Assembly: GCA_021734905.1 (NCBI GenBank)
Contig: JAIPIB010000001.1
Span: forward strand, 71,476-135,475
DNA length: 64,000 nucleotides
DNA from: Minisyncoccota bacterium
Lineage (GTDB): Bacteria; Patescibacteriota; Minisyncoccia; Phycocordibacterales; UBA918
Reading direction: 5' to 3'
Both the position numbers and the translations under genes were made by a program. This document shows, piece by piece, positions 9,207-19,271 of this stretch (positions within the stretch are counted from its first letter, which is position 1; every line of letters begins with the position of its first letter). The notes beneath the pieces were generated by a model, which did not search any database, was not told the DNA's origin, and saw only the letters and a program-made list of their open reading frames with translations.

Positions 9207-10498
9207 AATGGATGTCTGTTGCAGGAATTGTTGGCGGAGGATTTTACATCCTTTCGTACGTCACTTTGCCACAACTTACAGCTCTTGAGTATTCTAGTCC
9301 CCAAAATTTTGAACCGACCGAAATTGTACAAGAGGAGATAAAACAAGTGGAGCAAAAGGACGAACGAGAGATTATCTTGCATGAGCCACTCCCTGAAGCT
9401 GTTCGGGCAATTTACATGACTTCCTGTGTTGCTGGTACGACTGACTTTAGGAATAGACTCGTGTCATTAATTGATGACACTGAGATCAATGCTGTTGTCA
9501 TAGATATTAAAGATTATTCTGGTACGATCTCTTTTCCTCCTCTGAGTGAAGCCTGGAAGTCTGCGTGGACTGATGCAAAATGCGGCACACGAGATATGAA
9601 GGAGTTTATTCATACCCTTCACGAAAAAGGTATTTTTGTGATTGGCCGTATTACAGTATTTCAAGATCCATTTTATACAAAAATAAGGCCTGAGTTAGCT
9701 GTTACAAAAGCATCTGATGGATCAGTTTGGCATGATCGAAAAGGTCTTTCATTTATTGATGTTGGTTCGCATGAATATTGGGACCATATAGTGGAGCTTT
9801 CTTCAGACGCATATAATATTGGTTTTGATGAACTCAATTTTGATTACGTCAGATATCCCTCAGATGGGAATATGCAGGATATCGCATTTCCAAATAGTCT
9901 GAAAAGTGAATACGGGGCTGACAAACAAGCAAACCTTGAAGCATTCTTTAAATATCTCAACGAACAGTTAGATGTTGAATCTAAGTTCAGTGAATACAAA
10001 CATGAAAATACTGGGCGTGCTTCAACGACCCCGTGGACTTCTGTAGATTTGTTTGGGATGACAACGACCAATTTTGATGATCTCTCAATTGGGCAAGTGC
10101 AGGATCGTGCTGCTCCGTATTTTGATTTTGTGGCACCAATGGTGTATCCGTCTCACTACCCAAATAGTTTCTTAGGGTTAGGTAATCCCAATGATTATCC
10201 GTATAAGGTGGTCAACTATGTGATGCAAGCAGGCGTAAACCGTATGATCTCTTCAACGACGCCGATGCAAGGATTTCTTCATGAACGAATTGGAACATCA
10301 ACGCCAGCACTCTACAAAAAACCTGTCTATACCGCTGAAAAATTCCGCACCTGGATACAGGATTTTGATTATGGAGGAGATTATGATGCGACTGATGTAC
10401 GCAATCAGATCCAAGCAAGCTACGATGCTGGTGTTAAAAGTTTTATGATTTGGGCACCATCGAATATATATACCCGCGGAGCACTTAATGTTGAGTAG
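9203..10498 (+). CDS. Membrane-anchored putative glycoside hydrolase-like TIM-barrel protein (DUF4015-like)
   Basis: N-terminal TM. AIYMTS...AVVIDIKDYSG and GFDELNFDYVRYP resemble the putative glycosyl hydrolase domain PF13200. Assigned from memory only. Confidence 0.5.
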   Translation: MKWMSVAGIVGGGFYILSYVTLPQLTALEYSSPQNFEPTEIVQEEIKQVEQKDEREIILHEPLPEAVRAIYMTSCVAGTTDFRNRLVSLIDDTEINAVVIDIKDYSGTISFPPLSEAWKSAWTDAKCGTRDMKEFIHTLHEKGIFVIGRITVFQDPFYTKIRPELAVTKASDGSVWHDRKGLSFIDVGSHEYWDHIVELSSDAYNIGFDELNFDYVRYPSDGNMQDIAFPNSLKSEYGADKQANLEAFFKYLNEQLDVESKFSEYKHENTGRASTTPWTSVDLFGMTTTNFDDLSIGQVQDRAAPYFDFVAPMVYPSHYPNSFLGLGNPNDYPYKVVNYVMQAGVNRMISSTTPMQGFLHERIGTSTPALYKKPVYTAEKFRTWIQDFDYGGDYDATDVRNQIQASYDAGVKSFMIWAPSNIYTRGALNVE

Positions 10499-10615
10499 TG
10501 TCAATTTCGAAATTCTGGCATATTTTCCAATGTGTGGATAAATATCTAGTTGATTTAGTATGATGTTATACTTTGGTTAAGCTTCATTTTATGATCTTGA
10601 TTAGGGAGGTTGATT

Positions 10616-10777
10616 ATGCCAGTTAGTATCTTGCGAGCGATGTACGAAAGAGCAATTAATGGTCTTAGTCAGGGAGAGATCGAAGCGGTTGAAGAAGGTC
10701 GTTTATGCGAAAGTGGCAGAATGGCTGAAGCGCGGAGGTGTTTTCTCTTTCTTTTTGTTGCTCAATTGGGCTTATGA
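10616..10777 (+). CDS. Possible small protein (53 aa) with the strongest SD in the window
   Basis: GGGAGG 5 nt upstream of ATG 10616. Hydrophobic C-terminus (FLFLFVAQLGL). A 13-bp perfect hairpin at 10848-10877 lies downstream. Below the ORF-track size cutoff. Confidence 0.25.
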   Translation: MPVSILRAMYERAINGLSQGEIEAVEEGRLCESGRMAEARRCFLFLFVAQLGL

Positions 10778-10881
10778 TGTTTGTCTGACCCAACGCTAAT
10801 TATACTGTGGTTAGTAGACATCCCATTCTCGTTTTCGAGTTAATTTCAAAGCCTCGTAACTACGGTTACGAGGCTTTCGTC

Positions 10882-10903
10882 TTGTTTGCATTAATGCAAA
10901 CAA
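10882..10903. promoter_or_regulatory. Perfect 22-bp palindrome TTGTTTGCATTAATGCAAACAA, candidate operator about 25-50 nt upstream of the ATPase gene
   Basis: Exact dyad symmetry (11+11). It sits just before a tacaat-like -10 element. Confidence 0.45.
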
Positions 10904-10928
10904 ATTACCTACAATGTAGACAATTTGT

Positions 10929-12938
10929 TTGGTCCACTTCTGTTATACTTTTCGTATGTCATTTGATCCAAACAGAATTAACTTTTTTGCACAAACTGAT
11001 GCCCGTGGCAAAAATGTCCAGTTTGGTATTAAGGCAAAGGATCGGCAACGTCACGTTTATGTGATCGGGAAAACCGGAATGGGTAAGTCAACGCTTCTCG
11101 AAAATATGGCCGTGCAAGATATCCAGAATGGGGAAGGGATTGCCTTTATTGACCCACACGGCTCTGCAGTTGAAAACCTCCTCAATTATATTCCCGAACA
11201 CCGTGTGAAGGACGTTCTCTATTTTTCACCATCTGATACTGAGTGTCCAGTTTCTTTTAATATTATGGAGGATGTTGGCCCAGACAAGAGACATCTCGTA
11301 GTCTCAGGACTCATGTCTGTATTCAAGAAGATATTTGTTGATCAGTGGTCAGCACGTATGGAATATATTCTTTCAAACACACTTCTCGCACTTCTTGAAT
11401 ATCCGGACTCGACGCTTCTTGGTGTAAATAGAATGCTCTCTGATAAAGATTACCGAAAGCTTGTTGTTGATAATGTGAGAGACCCTGGTGTAAAAGCCTT
11501 TTGGGTAGATGAGTTTGCGAAATATAATGAGCGTTACATGCAGGAGGCGGGGGATGCTATTAAAAATAAAATCGGACAGTTTACTGCGAATCCTATCATT
11601 CGGAATATCATTGGCCAGCCAAGGTCGAGTTTTGACCTTCGAATGATTATGGATGAGAAGAAGATCCTTATTATGAACCTTTCAAAAGGACTCATTGGGG
11701 AAACAAATGCAACACTTTTAGGCTCCATGCTCACAACGCGCATCTATCTTGCTGCCATGAGTCGTGCTGATCTTCCTCCTGAAAAAATGCGTGACATGCC
11801 AAACTTCTACTTTTTTGTGGATGAGTTTCAATCCTTTGCTAATGCTTCCTTTGCAAATATTCTCTCTGAGGCACGTAAATATCACCTCAATCTTACGATT
11901 GCTAACCAATATATTGATCAAATGGAAGAAGAGATTCGAAATGCAGTGTTTGGAAACGTTGGGACGACCATTACATTTCGCGTAGGACCATTTGATGCTG
12001 AAGTACTTGAGACAGTATTTACACCACAATTTTTAGCTCCTGATATTATCAACCTGAGTTTTGCACAAATTTATCTCACGCTCATGATTGATGGTATTGG
12101 ATCACAACCATTCTCTGCGACCACTCTTCCACCAATTGCTCCGCCTCAAACCTCTTGCAAAAATATGGCTCTTGCATCAAGTAGGGCGCAGTTTACGAAG
12201 CCACGTGCTGAAGTTGAGGAATTAATTCATAAATTCCACGAGCCTATTGTCAAGCCAAAAAAAGTTGAGAGAGTAGAGACGATTATTCCACGAGCAGTCT
12301 ATTCATCAGAAAAAAAGAAAGATGTGCCAAGGGAAGCGGTATCAATTCAAAAACCAATAATTCAAACAACTCCTGCAGCACTTACAGAGCAAGGAGCACG
12401 ATCAGTCCCTGAAAAAGCACAAGGTTTTCGAACGGAACAACGGCGAACACAGACTGACAGTGGAGCGCCCGCACGAAGAGAGATGAGCGCTCGGCCAAGG
12501 CAGCAGGTTCAAACATCTGTGCCGAGCAGGGGTCCAGAAAAGCCCAAGTCTCCAATAAAGGCTGATGTTCAGTCTGAGGATCTTAGGACTGTCCTCAAGC
12601 GACTTGCAGCGACTGAGAAGTCAAATAATCCTGGGGATTATAATCACGAAAAAGGTTTTGGGAAAGAGAAGCGAGATCAGCCAGAAAAACCAGAACTTAA
12701 GCGTGCACTGGAGTCACTTGTAAAAAAAGAAGATGGTACAGTACAGAACAATTCTAAGTCAGAAACAGGAAATGAGACTCAGACAAATCAAGAAACAGAG
12801 GCGTTTGTGAACAGAAATACAAATGAGTTAGCAAAAAGTAATTCTACACCTGAGGAGGGTGTTGAGAAAAAACACATTACACCGAAAGAGCTTGAACGAA
12901 TGATGCGTATCACCACAAGTGATAAACCTCCGATATAG
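10929..12938 (+). CDS. P-loop ATPase of the TraD/TraG/VirD4 (type IV coupling protein)-like / DUF87 family with a roughly 300-aa low-complexity C-terminal tail
   Basis: Walker A GKTGMGKST and FIDPHG. TraG-D_C-like block FYFFVDEFQSFANASFANILSEARKYHLNLTIANQYIDQ...FGNVGTTITFRVGPFDAEVLE. Residues about 370-669 are Pro/Ser/Glu/Lys/Gln-rich with no predicted fold. The true start may be the Met at about 10956. Confidence 0.6.
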   Translation: MVHFCYTFRMSFDPNRINFFAQTDARGKNVQFGIKAKDRQRHVYVIGKTGMGKSTLLENMAVQDIQNGEGIAFIDPHGSAVENLLNYIPEHRVKDVLYFSPSDTECPVSFNIMEDVGPDKRHLVVSGLMSVFKKIFVDQWSARMEYILSNTLLALLEYPDSTLLGVNRMLSDKDYRKLVVDNVRDPGVKAFWVDEFAKYNERYMQEAGDAIKNKIGQFTANPIIRNIIGQPRSSFDLRMIMDEKKILIMNLSKGLIGETNATLLGSMLTTRIYLAAMSRADLPPEKMRDMPNFYFFVDEFQSFANASFANILSEARKYHLNLTIANQYIDQMEEEIRNAVFGNVGTTITFRVGPFDAEVLETVFTPQFLAPDIINLSFAQIYLTLMIDGIGSQPFSATTLPPIAPPQTSCKNMALASSRAQFTKPRAEVEELIHKFHEPIVKPKKVERVETIIPRAVYSSEKKKDVPREAVSIQKPIIQTTPAALTEQGARSVPEKAQGFRTEQRRTQTDSGAPARREMSARPRQQVQTSVPSRGPEKPKSPIKADVQSEDLRTVLKRLAATEKSNNPGDYNHEKGFGKEKRDQPEKPELKRALESLVKKEDGTVQNNSKSETGNETQTNQETEAFVNRNTNELAKSNSTPEEGVEKKHITPKELERMMRITTSDKPPI

Positions 12939-14358
12939 GATATGTCCAGATCGTTCTATCTTGTTCTTGTTGTACTCTTTTGGATACCATGGACATCTCA
13001 TGCAGCTGATCGTGATCAATGAGGTGGCATGGATGGGAACTGGTGCGAGTGCGAATGATGAATGGATTGAATTATATAATAGCGGATCTTCAGCCATTGA
13101 TCTCGAAGGATGGGTGCTAACCGACAATGTATCACTAAATATTGCGCTTACCGGTATCCTTAGTACTGACGAATATGCAGTTCTCGAACGAACTGATGAT
13201 ACAACTGTTGAAGGTGTTGCATTCTTAATCTATTCAGGAGCGCTTTCAAATGATGGGAGAACACTGACTTTGCAGCGTTCAGATAATTCTATTGAGGACC
13301 AAGTCGCTGGAGGAGAAAATTGGGAAAACATCGGTGGCAATAATGAGACGAAAGAAACACCCCAAAGAACATCGTCTGGCTGGATAACAGGAGCTCCAAC
13401 CCCAGGAAAGAGTAATATTTTTGGAACAACTGAAAGTGAAGATATGTCGGAGAATTTTTTGTCGTCTGGATCAAATACGAGTGGGGGAGGTTCGTCTTCA
13501 AAAAATGCAGCAGTATCGAGTGTTCAAAAAGTTAAAGCACTAACCCCTGAACCCTTTCTTGTTCTAAAAATTAAAGGACCAAGTCTTGCATATGTTAATC
13601 AAGAAATTTCACTGGAGGCGATACCAAGCGGTATAGGAAAGACACTCATGAATTCACTTGTTTATATATGGAATTTTGGAGATACCTATACAGCGTCATC
13701 AAAGAAAATTTCGCATATTTTTGAATACCCAGGAGAGTATATTGTTGTTACAGAGGCAGTGTATGCAAAGCAGAAGGCTTTAGTGCGACACGAAATTACG
13801 GTACTTCCTGTTTCATTTTCGCTCTTAAAATCAGAGGCTGGTGATGTACTTTTACATAACAATTCAAAATATGAAGTTAATATCAGTGGCTTCATATTAA
13901 AGAGCGATTCTCAGCTTACACTTCCAATGCATACAGTACTGAAGGCGAACGGGACACTTACTATTTCATCGAAACGGTTGCAGTTGCGACCAGGTGGAAT
14001 AATATCTCTCTATGATGCAACAGGGACATTCGTCACATCAAATACAATAAAAGAGCAAAATGGACCTACGACAGAAAAGTCTTTTTCAAATCCTTCACCA
14101 CAAAACGTGCTATATGACACTGAAGAAGTTGTCACTGAACCAGCTTCTGCTAAAAATAGTTCAATTGAAGATCAAGGTGTGGCTATTGAAAAGGATGTTC
14201 TTTTGGAGACAATGATCCCTATTGGGGCAAGAACAGTTGATGGAGTAGAAAATGAAACTGGATTTTTAGGAAACAAAAATATGTTTTATTGGATAGTGTC
14301 AGGGATTATAATTTTGGGTATTTTCAGTCTTTATACGTGGCGGTCGATAAAGGTATAG
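12919..14358 (+). CDS. Lamin-tail-domain (LTD) plus PKD-domain surface protein with a C-terminal TM anchor
   Basis: LTD signature INEVAWMGTGASANDEWIELYNSGSSAIDLEGWVLTD. PKD-like IWNFGDTYTASSKKISHIFEYPGEYIVVTEAVYA. C-terminal hydrophobic helix WIVSGIIILGIFSLYTW. Confidence 0.7.
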   Translation: MINLRYRICPDRSILFLLYSFGYHGHLMQLIVINEVAWMGTGASANDEWIELYNSGSSAIDLEGWVLTDNVSLNIALTGILSTDEYAVLERTDDTTVEGVAFLIYSGALSNDGRTLTLQRSDNSIEDQVAGGENWENIGGNNETKETPQRTSSGWITGAPTPGKSNIFGTTESEDMSENFLSSGSNTSGGGSSSKNAAVSSVQKVKALTPEPFLVLKIKGPSLAYVNQEISLEAIPSGIGKTLMNSLVYIWNFGDTYTASSKKISHIFEYPGEYIVVTEAVYAKQKALVRHEITVLPVSFSLLKSEAGDVLLHNNSKYEVNISGFILKSDSQLTLPMHTVLKANGTLTISSKRLQLRPGGIISLYDATGTFVTSNTIKEQNGPTTEKSFSNPSPQNVLYDTEEVVTEPASAKNSSIEDQGVAIEKDVLLETMIPIGARTVDGVENETGFLGNKNMFYWIVSGIIILGIFSLYTWRSIKV

Positions 14359-14403
14359 TTCCGGCTTTGGAACAAATTATCGTGTAAGGTAGTTTTATAA
14401 AAA

Positions 14404-15435
14404 ATGAATACAAAAAAGAAAAAATTGGTTGTTATCGGAGGAGGAACGGGAACATATACGATATTGAGCGGGCTTAAGCACTATAAGGATATTTTTGATC
14501 TTACTGCTATCGTTGCCATGACGGATTCAGGTGGATCAACAGGACGGTTACGAGATGAATTCGGCTATCTTCCTGTTGGTGATGTGAGGCTCGCACTCAC
14601 TGCATTGGCAAATGAAGAGGATGAACAGCAAGAGCTGATACGAAAATTATTTCTCCATAGATTTGACACAGAAGGGGATGTGTCTGGACATAATTTTGGT
14701 AATCTGTTTCTCGTTGCATTGACCGATATTCTTGGTTCAGAAGAGTTGGCAATTGAGGCTGCTGCACGAGTATTAAATATCTGCGGAAAAGTAATTCCAG
14801 TAACTCACGAAAAAGTGCATCTTGTTGCAGAATATGAGGATGGCAGGGTGGTGGTTGGCGAACATGATATTGACGAACCAAGAGAACATATAAATTCACC
14901 TATCATAAAACTTTCTCTGACGAGTCCAGCTCAGATAACTAAAAGCGCAGCACAAGCAATACGATCTGCTGACGTTGTTGTTTTTGGGCCAGGTGACTTG
15001 TATACGAGCATTCTTGCAAATTGTGTTGTTCGTGGCATGCAGGAAGCTCTAAGAGACACACAAAGCGAACTAATTTACATCCCAAACCTTATGACAAAAA
15101 AAGGTCAGACAACTGGGAAGGGAGTAAAAGAGCATATTAATGAAATATCCCGATATTCTGGAAGAACTCCTGACTATGTCCTTATTAACGATGTGTCGTT
15201 CTCTCATGAACTGCAAAATCGGTATGCAAAATATGGGGAATATCCTGTCAAACAAAATTATGATGGTGAAAATCCAAAAATAATCACAGGTGATTTCCTG
15301 GCATCTGAAGAAATAATCCCAAAGAAAGGAGATGTCCTCAGGAGGAGCTTTATTCGGCATGACCCACACAAACTTGCAGCTGTTTTGGTATCAGTTTTTG
15401 GCGATAAGAAAACATCGTCTTTTACTTCTTTTTAA
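14404..15435 (+). CDS. YvcK/CofD-like (UPF0052, gluconeogenesis-factor family) protein
   Basis: VVIGGGTGTYTILSGLK...AIVAMTDSGGSTGRLRDEFGYLPVGDVR, characteristic of the UPF0052/2-phospho-L-lactate-transferase-like family. Confidence 0.8.
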   Translation: MNTKKKKLVVIGGGTGTYTILSGLKHYKDIFDLTAIVAMTDSGGSTGRLRDEFGYLPVGDVRLALTALANEEDEQQELIRKLFLHRFDTEGDVSGHNFGNLFLVALTDILGSEELAIEAAARVLNICGKVIPVTHEKVHLVAEYEDGRVVVGEHDIDEPREHINSPIIKLSLTSPAQITKSAAQAIRSADVVVFGPGDLYTSILANCVVRGMQEALRDTQSELIYIPNLMTKKGQTTGKGVKEHINEISRYSGRTPDYVLINDVSFSHELQNRYAKYGEYPVKQNYDGENPKIITGDFLASEEIIPKKGDVLRRSFIRHDPHKLAAVLVSVFGDKKTSSFTSF

Positions 15436-15461
15436 GGTAGTATTTTGAAATAATCCTTGGT

Positions 15462-16343
15462 ATGTCTATGGATCAAAAAATTGCTGTTGTGACGGGGGGA
15501 GCTGGGTTTATTGGTTCGCATCTTTGTGAGCGTCTTGTTTGTGAGGGGTATCGTGTTATTTCTCTTGATAACTATTTTGCAGGTTCATCTGTAAATCATG
15601 TTGCAGGTGTTGAATATCGCACGGGACATACAAAAGATATTGCATCATTTATTCCAGAAACTCCGGATATTATCTACCATCTCGGGGAATACTCTAGGGT
15701 TGCAAAAAGTCTTGAGGAACCAGAATTAGTCTTTGATTTAAATGTTGTAGGAACCTTCGCCGTTCTGGAATTTTGGCGAGAGAAGAAATGTAAACTTGTC
15801 TATGCAGGGTCGTCAACAAAAAATGTAGGAGCGCGAGAAGATGGAGTTGTTGGCCGTGACCTTGCGCCATATACGTGGATGAAGGCTATGAACACCGAGC
15901 TAGTCGTAAACTACGGCAGATGGTATGAACTTCCGTATGCAATTGTGTATTTTTATAATGTGTATGGACCTCGCGAACGTACGATTCATGAGTATGGAAC
16001 AGTCATCGAAACATGGCGACAAGCAACGGAAAAAGGAGAGCCTCTGTACGTACGAAATCCAGGTACACAAGCGCGTGCATTTACACATGTACTTGATACT
16101 GTGGAGGGGATTGTTCTTGTCGGTGAAAAGGGGGAGGGAGATAATTTTGGTATCGGTACAGATGAGATTTTTACACTTCTACAAGTTACAGAAATGTTTG
16201 GTGGAGAGATAGAGATGCTTCCAGTAACAGCATCAACACGACAAAGTGCTGAAGTAGACTCATCTAAGGTCCGCTCACTTGGATGGTTGCCAAAATATCA
16301 TTTACCTGATTACATACACAATTCAAAAGTGTCTATGCAATAA
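15462..16343 (+). CDS. NAD-dependent sugar epimerase/dehydratase (extended SDR)
   Basis: VVTGGAGFIGSHL Rossmann motif and a YxxxK catalytic pair (PYTWMK). Confidence 0.75.
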   Translation: MSMDQKIAVVTGGAGFIGSHLCERLVCEGYRVISLDNYFAGSSVNHVAGVEYRTGHTKDIASFIPETPDIIYHLGEYSRVAKSLEEPELVFDLNVVGTFAVLEFWREKKCKLVYAGSSTKNVGAREDGVVGRDLAPYTWMKAMNTELVVNYGRWYELPYAIVYFYNVYGPRERTIHEYGTVIETWRQATEKGEPLYVRNPGTQARAFTHVLDTVEGIVLVGEKGEGDNFGIGTDEIFTLLQVTEMFGGEIEMLPVTASTRQSAEVDSSKVRSLGWLPKYHLPDYIHNSKVSMQ

Positions 16344-16432
16344 GCAGAATCCATGCTCTAATAACATATAGAAAGGAAGTTTGTCTTTAAACTATATTAG
16401 TAGGTACACGCTCGTTACAATAGGAGGTGGCC

Positions 16433-16912
16433 ATGAGTAACTTTTTTCCAAAAGATACACCTTCGACCAAGAGGGAATTTTTGATTGAAGAGGTCAAATG
16501 TTCGGACGGAGTGTGTAAAACAAGGGTGACAAAAAATGGAACTTGTCTGAGTATGCAACCGTGGACGTTTGAAGAAAGTGTGCCATGGCAAGGAGGCTTC
16601 GCTACGGAATATTCAATTTGTTATGGTTGGGTACTTATAGTGAGTTTCGACAAAAAACGGCATCAGTTTTCCCACGAGGTCCTGGTTGCAAGTGTTCTTT
16701 GCAAGAGTAGGACACAAATAGATCCTAGCGTACCGCATGTTCTACTCTTGGGTCCGCGAGCGCGTATATCAATGTCTGGTGGTACTGAAATACCGAATAA
16801 CGCAGTATATTCAGAAGTTGTTGAATATGTTCATTCTCACGACAGTAATTATTGGAGGGAAAGAGTATGTGGTTTAACAACAGTAATTGATATCGCCATG
16901 AAGGATATTTAA
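16433..16912 (+). CDS. Hypothetical Cys-containing protein (159 aa)
   Basis: TAGGAGGTG SD placed before the second ATG (16433). No recognisable family. Confidence 0.5.
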   Translation: MSNFFPKDTPSTKREFLIEEVKCSDGVCKTRVTKNGTCLSMQPWTFEESVPWQGGFATEYSICYGWVLIVSFDKKRHQFSHEVLVASVLCKSRTQIDPSVPHVLLLGPRARISMSGGTEIPNNAVYSEVVEYVHSHDSNYWRERVCGLTTVIDIAMKDI

Positions 16913-16967
16913 CCCCACCAAGTACAAAATATTTGGTGGGAGTTTTTATGATACAATCAAAAATTAT

Positions 16968-18173
16968 ATGAAAAAAATACTTATTTTCTCTCTTGATTAT
17001 TTACCAGGGACGATTAGTGGGGCCGAGGCAGCAATTCAAGAAATTACCGGACGTATTGACCCACGTGAGATTGAATTTCATATGGTGACCCTCTATTACG
17101 ACAGTACAGTACCGCGCGTAGGGAAAATTGGGAATGTGCTCATTCACCGTGTTGGTATTTTTGGAAAACGAAATGCATCATTAGAAGAACGACGAAAATT
17201 TCCACTCCACTACAATAAGCACTATTTCCAAATTATTGCGGGGGTTAAGGCGTTTTTTCTCCATAGGAAATATCACTATGATGGAGCATGGGCAATGATG
17301 GCGCACGGCACTGCTGTACCTGTTTCGATCTTCAATATACTTACTAGGGTACCCTATGCGCTTACGCTTCAAGAAGGAGATCCTCCTGAATATATTGAGC
17401 GAACCATGAAACCACTTTGGCCATTCTTTAAGCGTGGGTTTATGAACGCGACTGTTGTACAGGCAATCTCAGAATTTCTTGCTTCCTGGGCAAGAAAAAT
17501 GGGACATGCAAAGCCTATTGAAATTATTCGGAATGGTGCAAATCCTGAATCAATTGAACCTACATTCAAACAGGATAGTGTTGAAAAACTTAAGCATGAA
17601 CTTGGAAAAAGAGACGGAGAAATTTATCTTGTGAATACAGCGCGACTCGTAGATCAAAAGGGATTTGATACAACAATACGTGCGCTCTTGCTGCTTCCAG
17701 AACATATAAAATTACTCGTTGTTGGCGGCGGTCCTGCTGAAGGGAGCTTAAAAAAACTTACACACGAACTCGATCTTGGTGGCAGGGTTGTTTTTACAGG
17801 GCAAGTTGAACGAAGTGTTGTGACTCAGTACCGCATGGTATCAGATATCTTTGTGGGACCGTCGCGCTCAGAAGGTTTAGGGAATGCATTTCTTTCTGCC
17901 ATGGCGTGTAGACTCCCTGTAATCGCAACGCAGGTAGGTGGAATTGCAGACTTTCTGTTTGATGCAAAACGAAATCCAGATAAAGAGACCACTGGGTGGG
18001 CAGTCGATCCGGATGAACCTGAACAAATTGCGCGAGCTGTTGAAGACATTATTTCTCACCCAGAGATAGTATCGCACGTTACAGAGACTGCCCGAAAAAT
18101 GGTTGAGCAAGAATATAATTGGGACATCGTCTCAAAAAAGATGAGGGAACGTATCTTCGATAAACTAGTGTAG
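16968..18173 (+). CDS. Glycosyltransferase family 4 (GT-B)
   Basis: C-terminal GT4 motifs SRSEGLGNAFLSAMACRLPVIATQVGG (EX7E-like). Confidence 0.8.
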   Translation: MKKILIFSLDYLPGTISGAEAAIQEITGRIDPREIEFHMVTLYYDSTVPRVGKIGNVLIHRVGIFGKRNASLEERRKFPLHYNKHYFQIIAGVKAFFLHRKYHYDGAWAMMAHGTAVPVSIFNILTRVPYALTLQEGDPPEYIERTMKPLWPFFKRGFMNATVVQAISEFLASWARKMGHAKPIEIIRNGANPESIEPTFKQDSVEKLKHELGKRDGEIYLVNTARLVDQKGFDTTIRALLLLPEHIKLLVVGGGPAEGSLKKLTHELDLGGRVVFTGQVERSVVTQYRMVSDIFVGPSRSEGLGNAFLSAMACRLPVIATQVGGIADFLFDAKRNPDKETTGWAVDPDEPEQIARAVEDIISHPEIVSHVTETARKMVEQEYNWDIVSKKMRERIFDKLV

Positions 18174-19271
18174 ACCTTTTTGTCTGGAGATTTCCTCGTT
18201 ACTTCTTAACGAATCACGTTTTTTAGTATAGGCACTGATGATCGACTGTGGGACATCTTTTTCTTCAAGAACGCATGAAAGAACCGTCCCCCAGAATTGA
18301 ATACGTGTAGTGTTTAATTCAAAGAGAGGACCGTTACTCTTTTTCAGACTCCGAGTGTAATACCAGATAATTTCCCCGAGGCGATATATACGCATTAAGC
18401 GAAGTGATTTGAACTCCTCAGGTGCTCGGTTGTCACGAACGTATGTCTCAAGTGCACGCTGAAGTGGGGGGTTGTAAAGCGTCATGAAGTTGATAAAACG
18501 TGCCCATCCTTCATATTTGTTACCGAAGGTGAGTGATGAATGATCAAGGAGGTATATGGTGTCGTCATTGATTCGAATATTGTGGGGAACAAAATCAGTA
18601 TGGGTCAAAAAATTACAATATTGGTCAATAGTTACGATATTTTCTTTAAGGATTGTTTGGCTCTGTGTTAATGCAACACAGATGTCGTTACTGTCTCCTA
18701 GGCTGCTTGATATATTTTTATTAAAGTTAGTAAATGTCTGTATATATGAGTCCGCTGTGCGGATCCCGTAGATACGGGTAACTGATTTTTGATGTCTTGA
18801 TGTTGTTGCATGAGCACTTTCTTGTCCTTTAAATGCTCGTAGTGCAAGAGAGAACTGCTCTTCAATAGATCGATCAAGGAAACTGCATGGTTGATCAATG
18901 AATCGTTGAATTGTGATAGTAAAACCACGTTCATTGATGAATGCAACTTCTTGTGGGGAGTGGAACACTTCTCCCGCAAAATCAATTCTCTGGAGGAAAT
19001 CTCGACACAGACGTTCGTGTTTAATTTCATGTTTTCCTCCTGATTCACGCGTTGCTTTAATTATAACTTTTGACATATCAGGCGCTACTCCTGTAAGGAT
19101 AAGTTTCCTTCCACTTGATGTCGTCACGGCTTGCATGAGGTAGCGCTCACCTTGTAGATGTTTTTGCTCTGCATCAAGGATGTATCCATGTGCAGCAAGA
19201 AGAGGGTTGAGGACTTCAAGTTCTTGAGCGCAGTAGTTTTCCCATTCAGTTTTGTGATTCGTGCTGTTCAT
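18165..19271 (-). CDS. Protein-kinase-like / aminoglycoside-phosphotransferase-fold (APH/CotS-like) protein
   Basis: Brenner-type HTDFVPHNIRI catalytic loop and DHSS (DFG-like) motif. Glycine-rich N-lobe. Confidence 0.55.
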   Translation of the reverse strand: MNSTNHKTEWENYCAQELEVLNPLLAAHGYILDAEQKHLQGERYLMQAVTTSSGRKLILTGVAPDMSKVIIKATRESGGKHEIKHERLCRDFLQRIDFAGEVFHSPQEVAFINERGFTITIQRFIDQPCSFLDRSIEEQFSLALRAFKGQESAHATTSRHQKSVTRIYGIRTADSYIQTFTNFNKNISSSLGDSNDICVALTQSQTILKENIVTIDQYCNFLTHTDFVPHNIRINDDTIYLLDHSSLTFGNKYEGWARFINFMTLYNPPLQRALETYVRDNRAPEEFKSLRLMRIYRLGEIIWYYTRSLKKSNGPLFELNTTRIQFWGTVLSCVLEEKDVPQSIISAYTKKRDSLRSNEEISRQKGLH

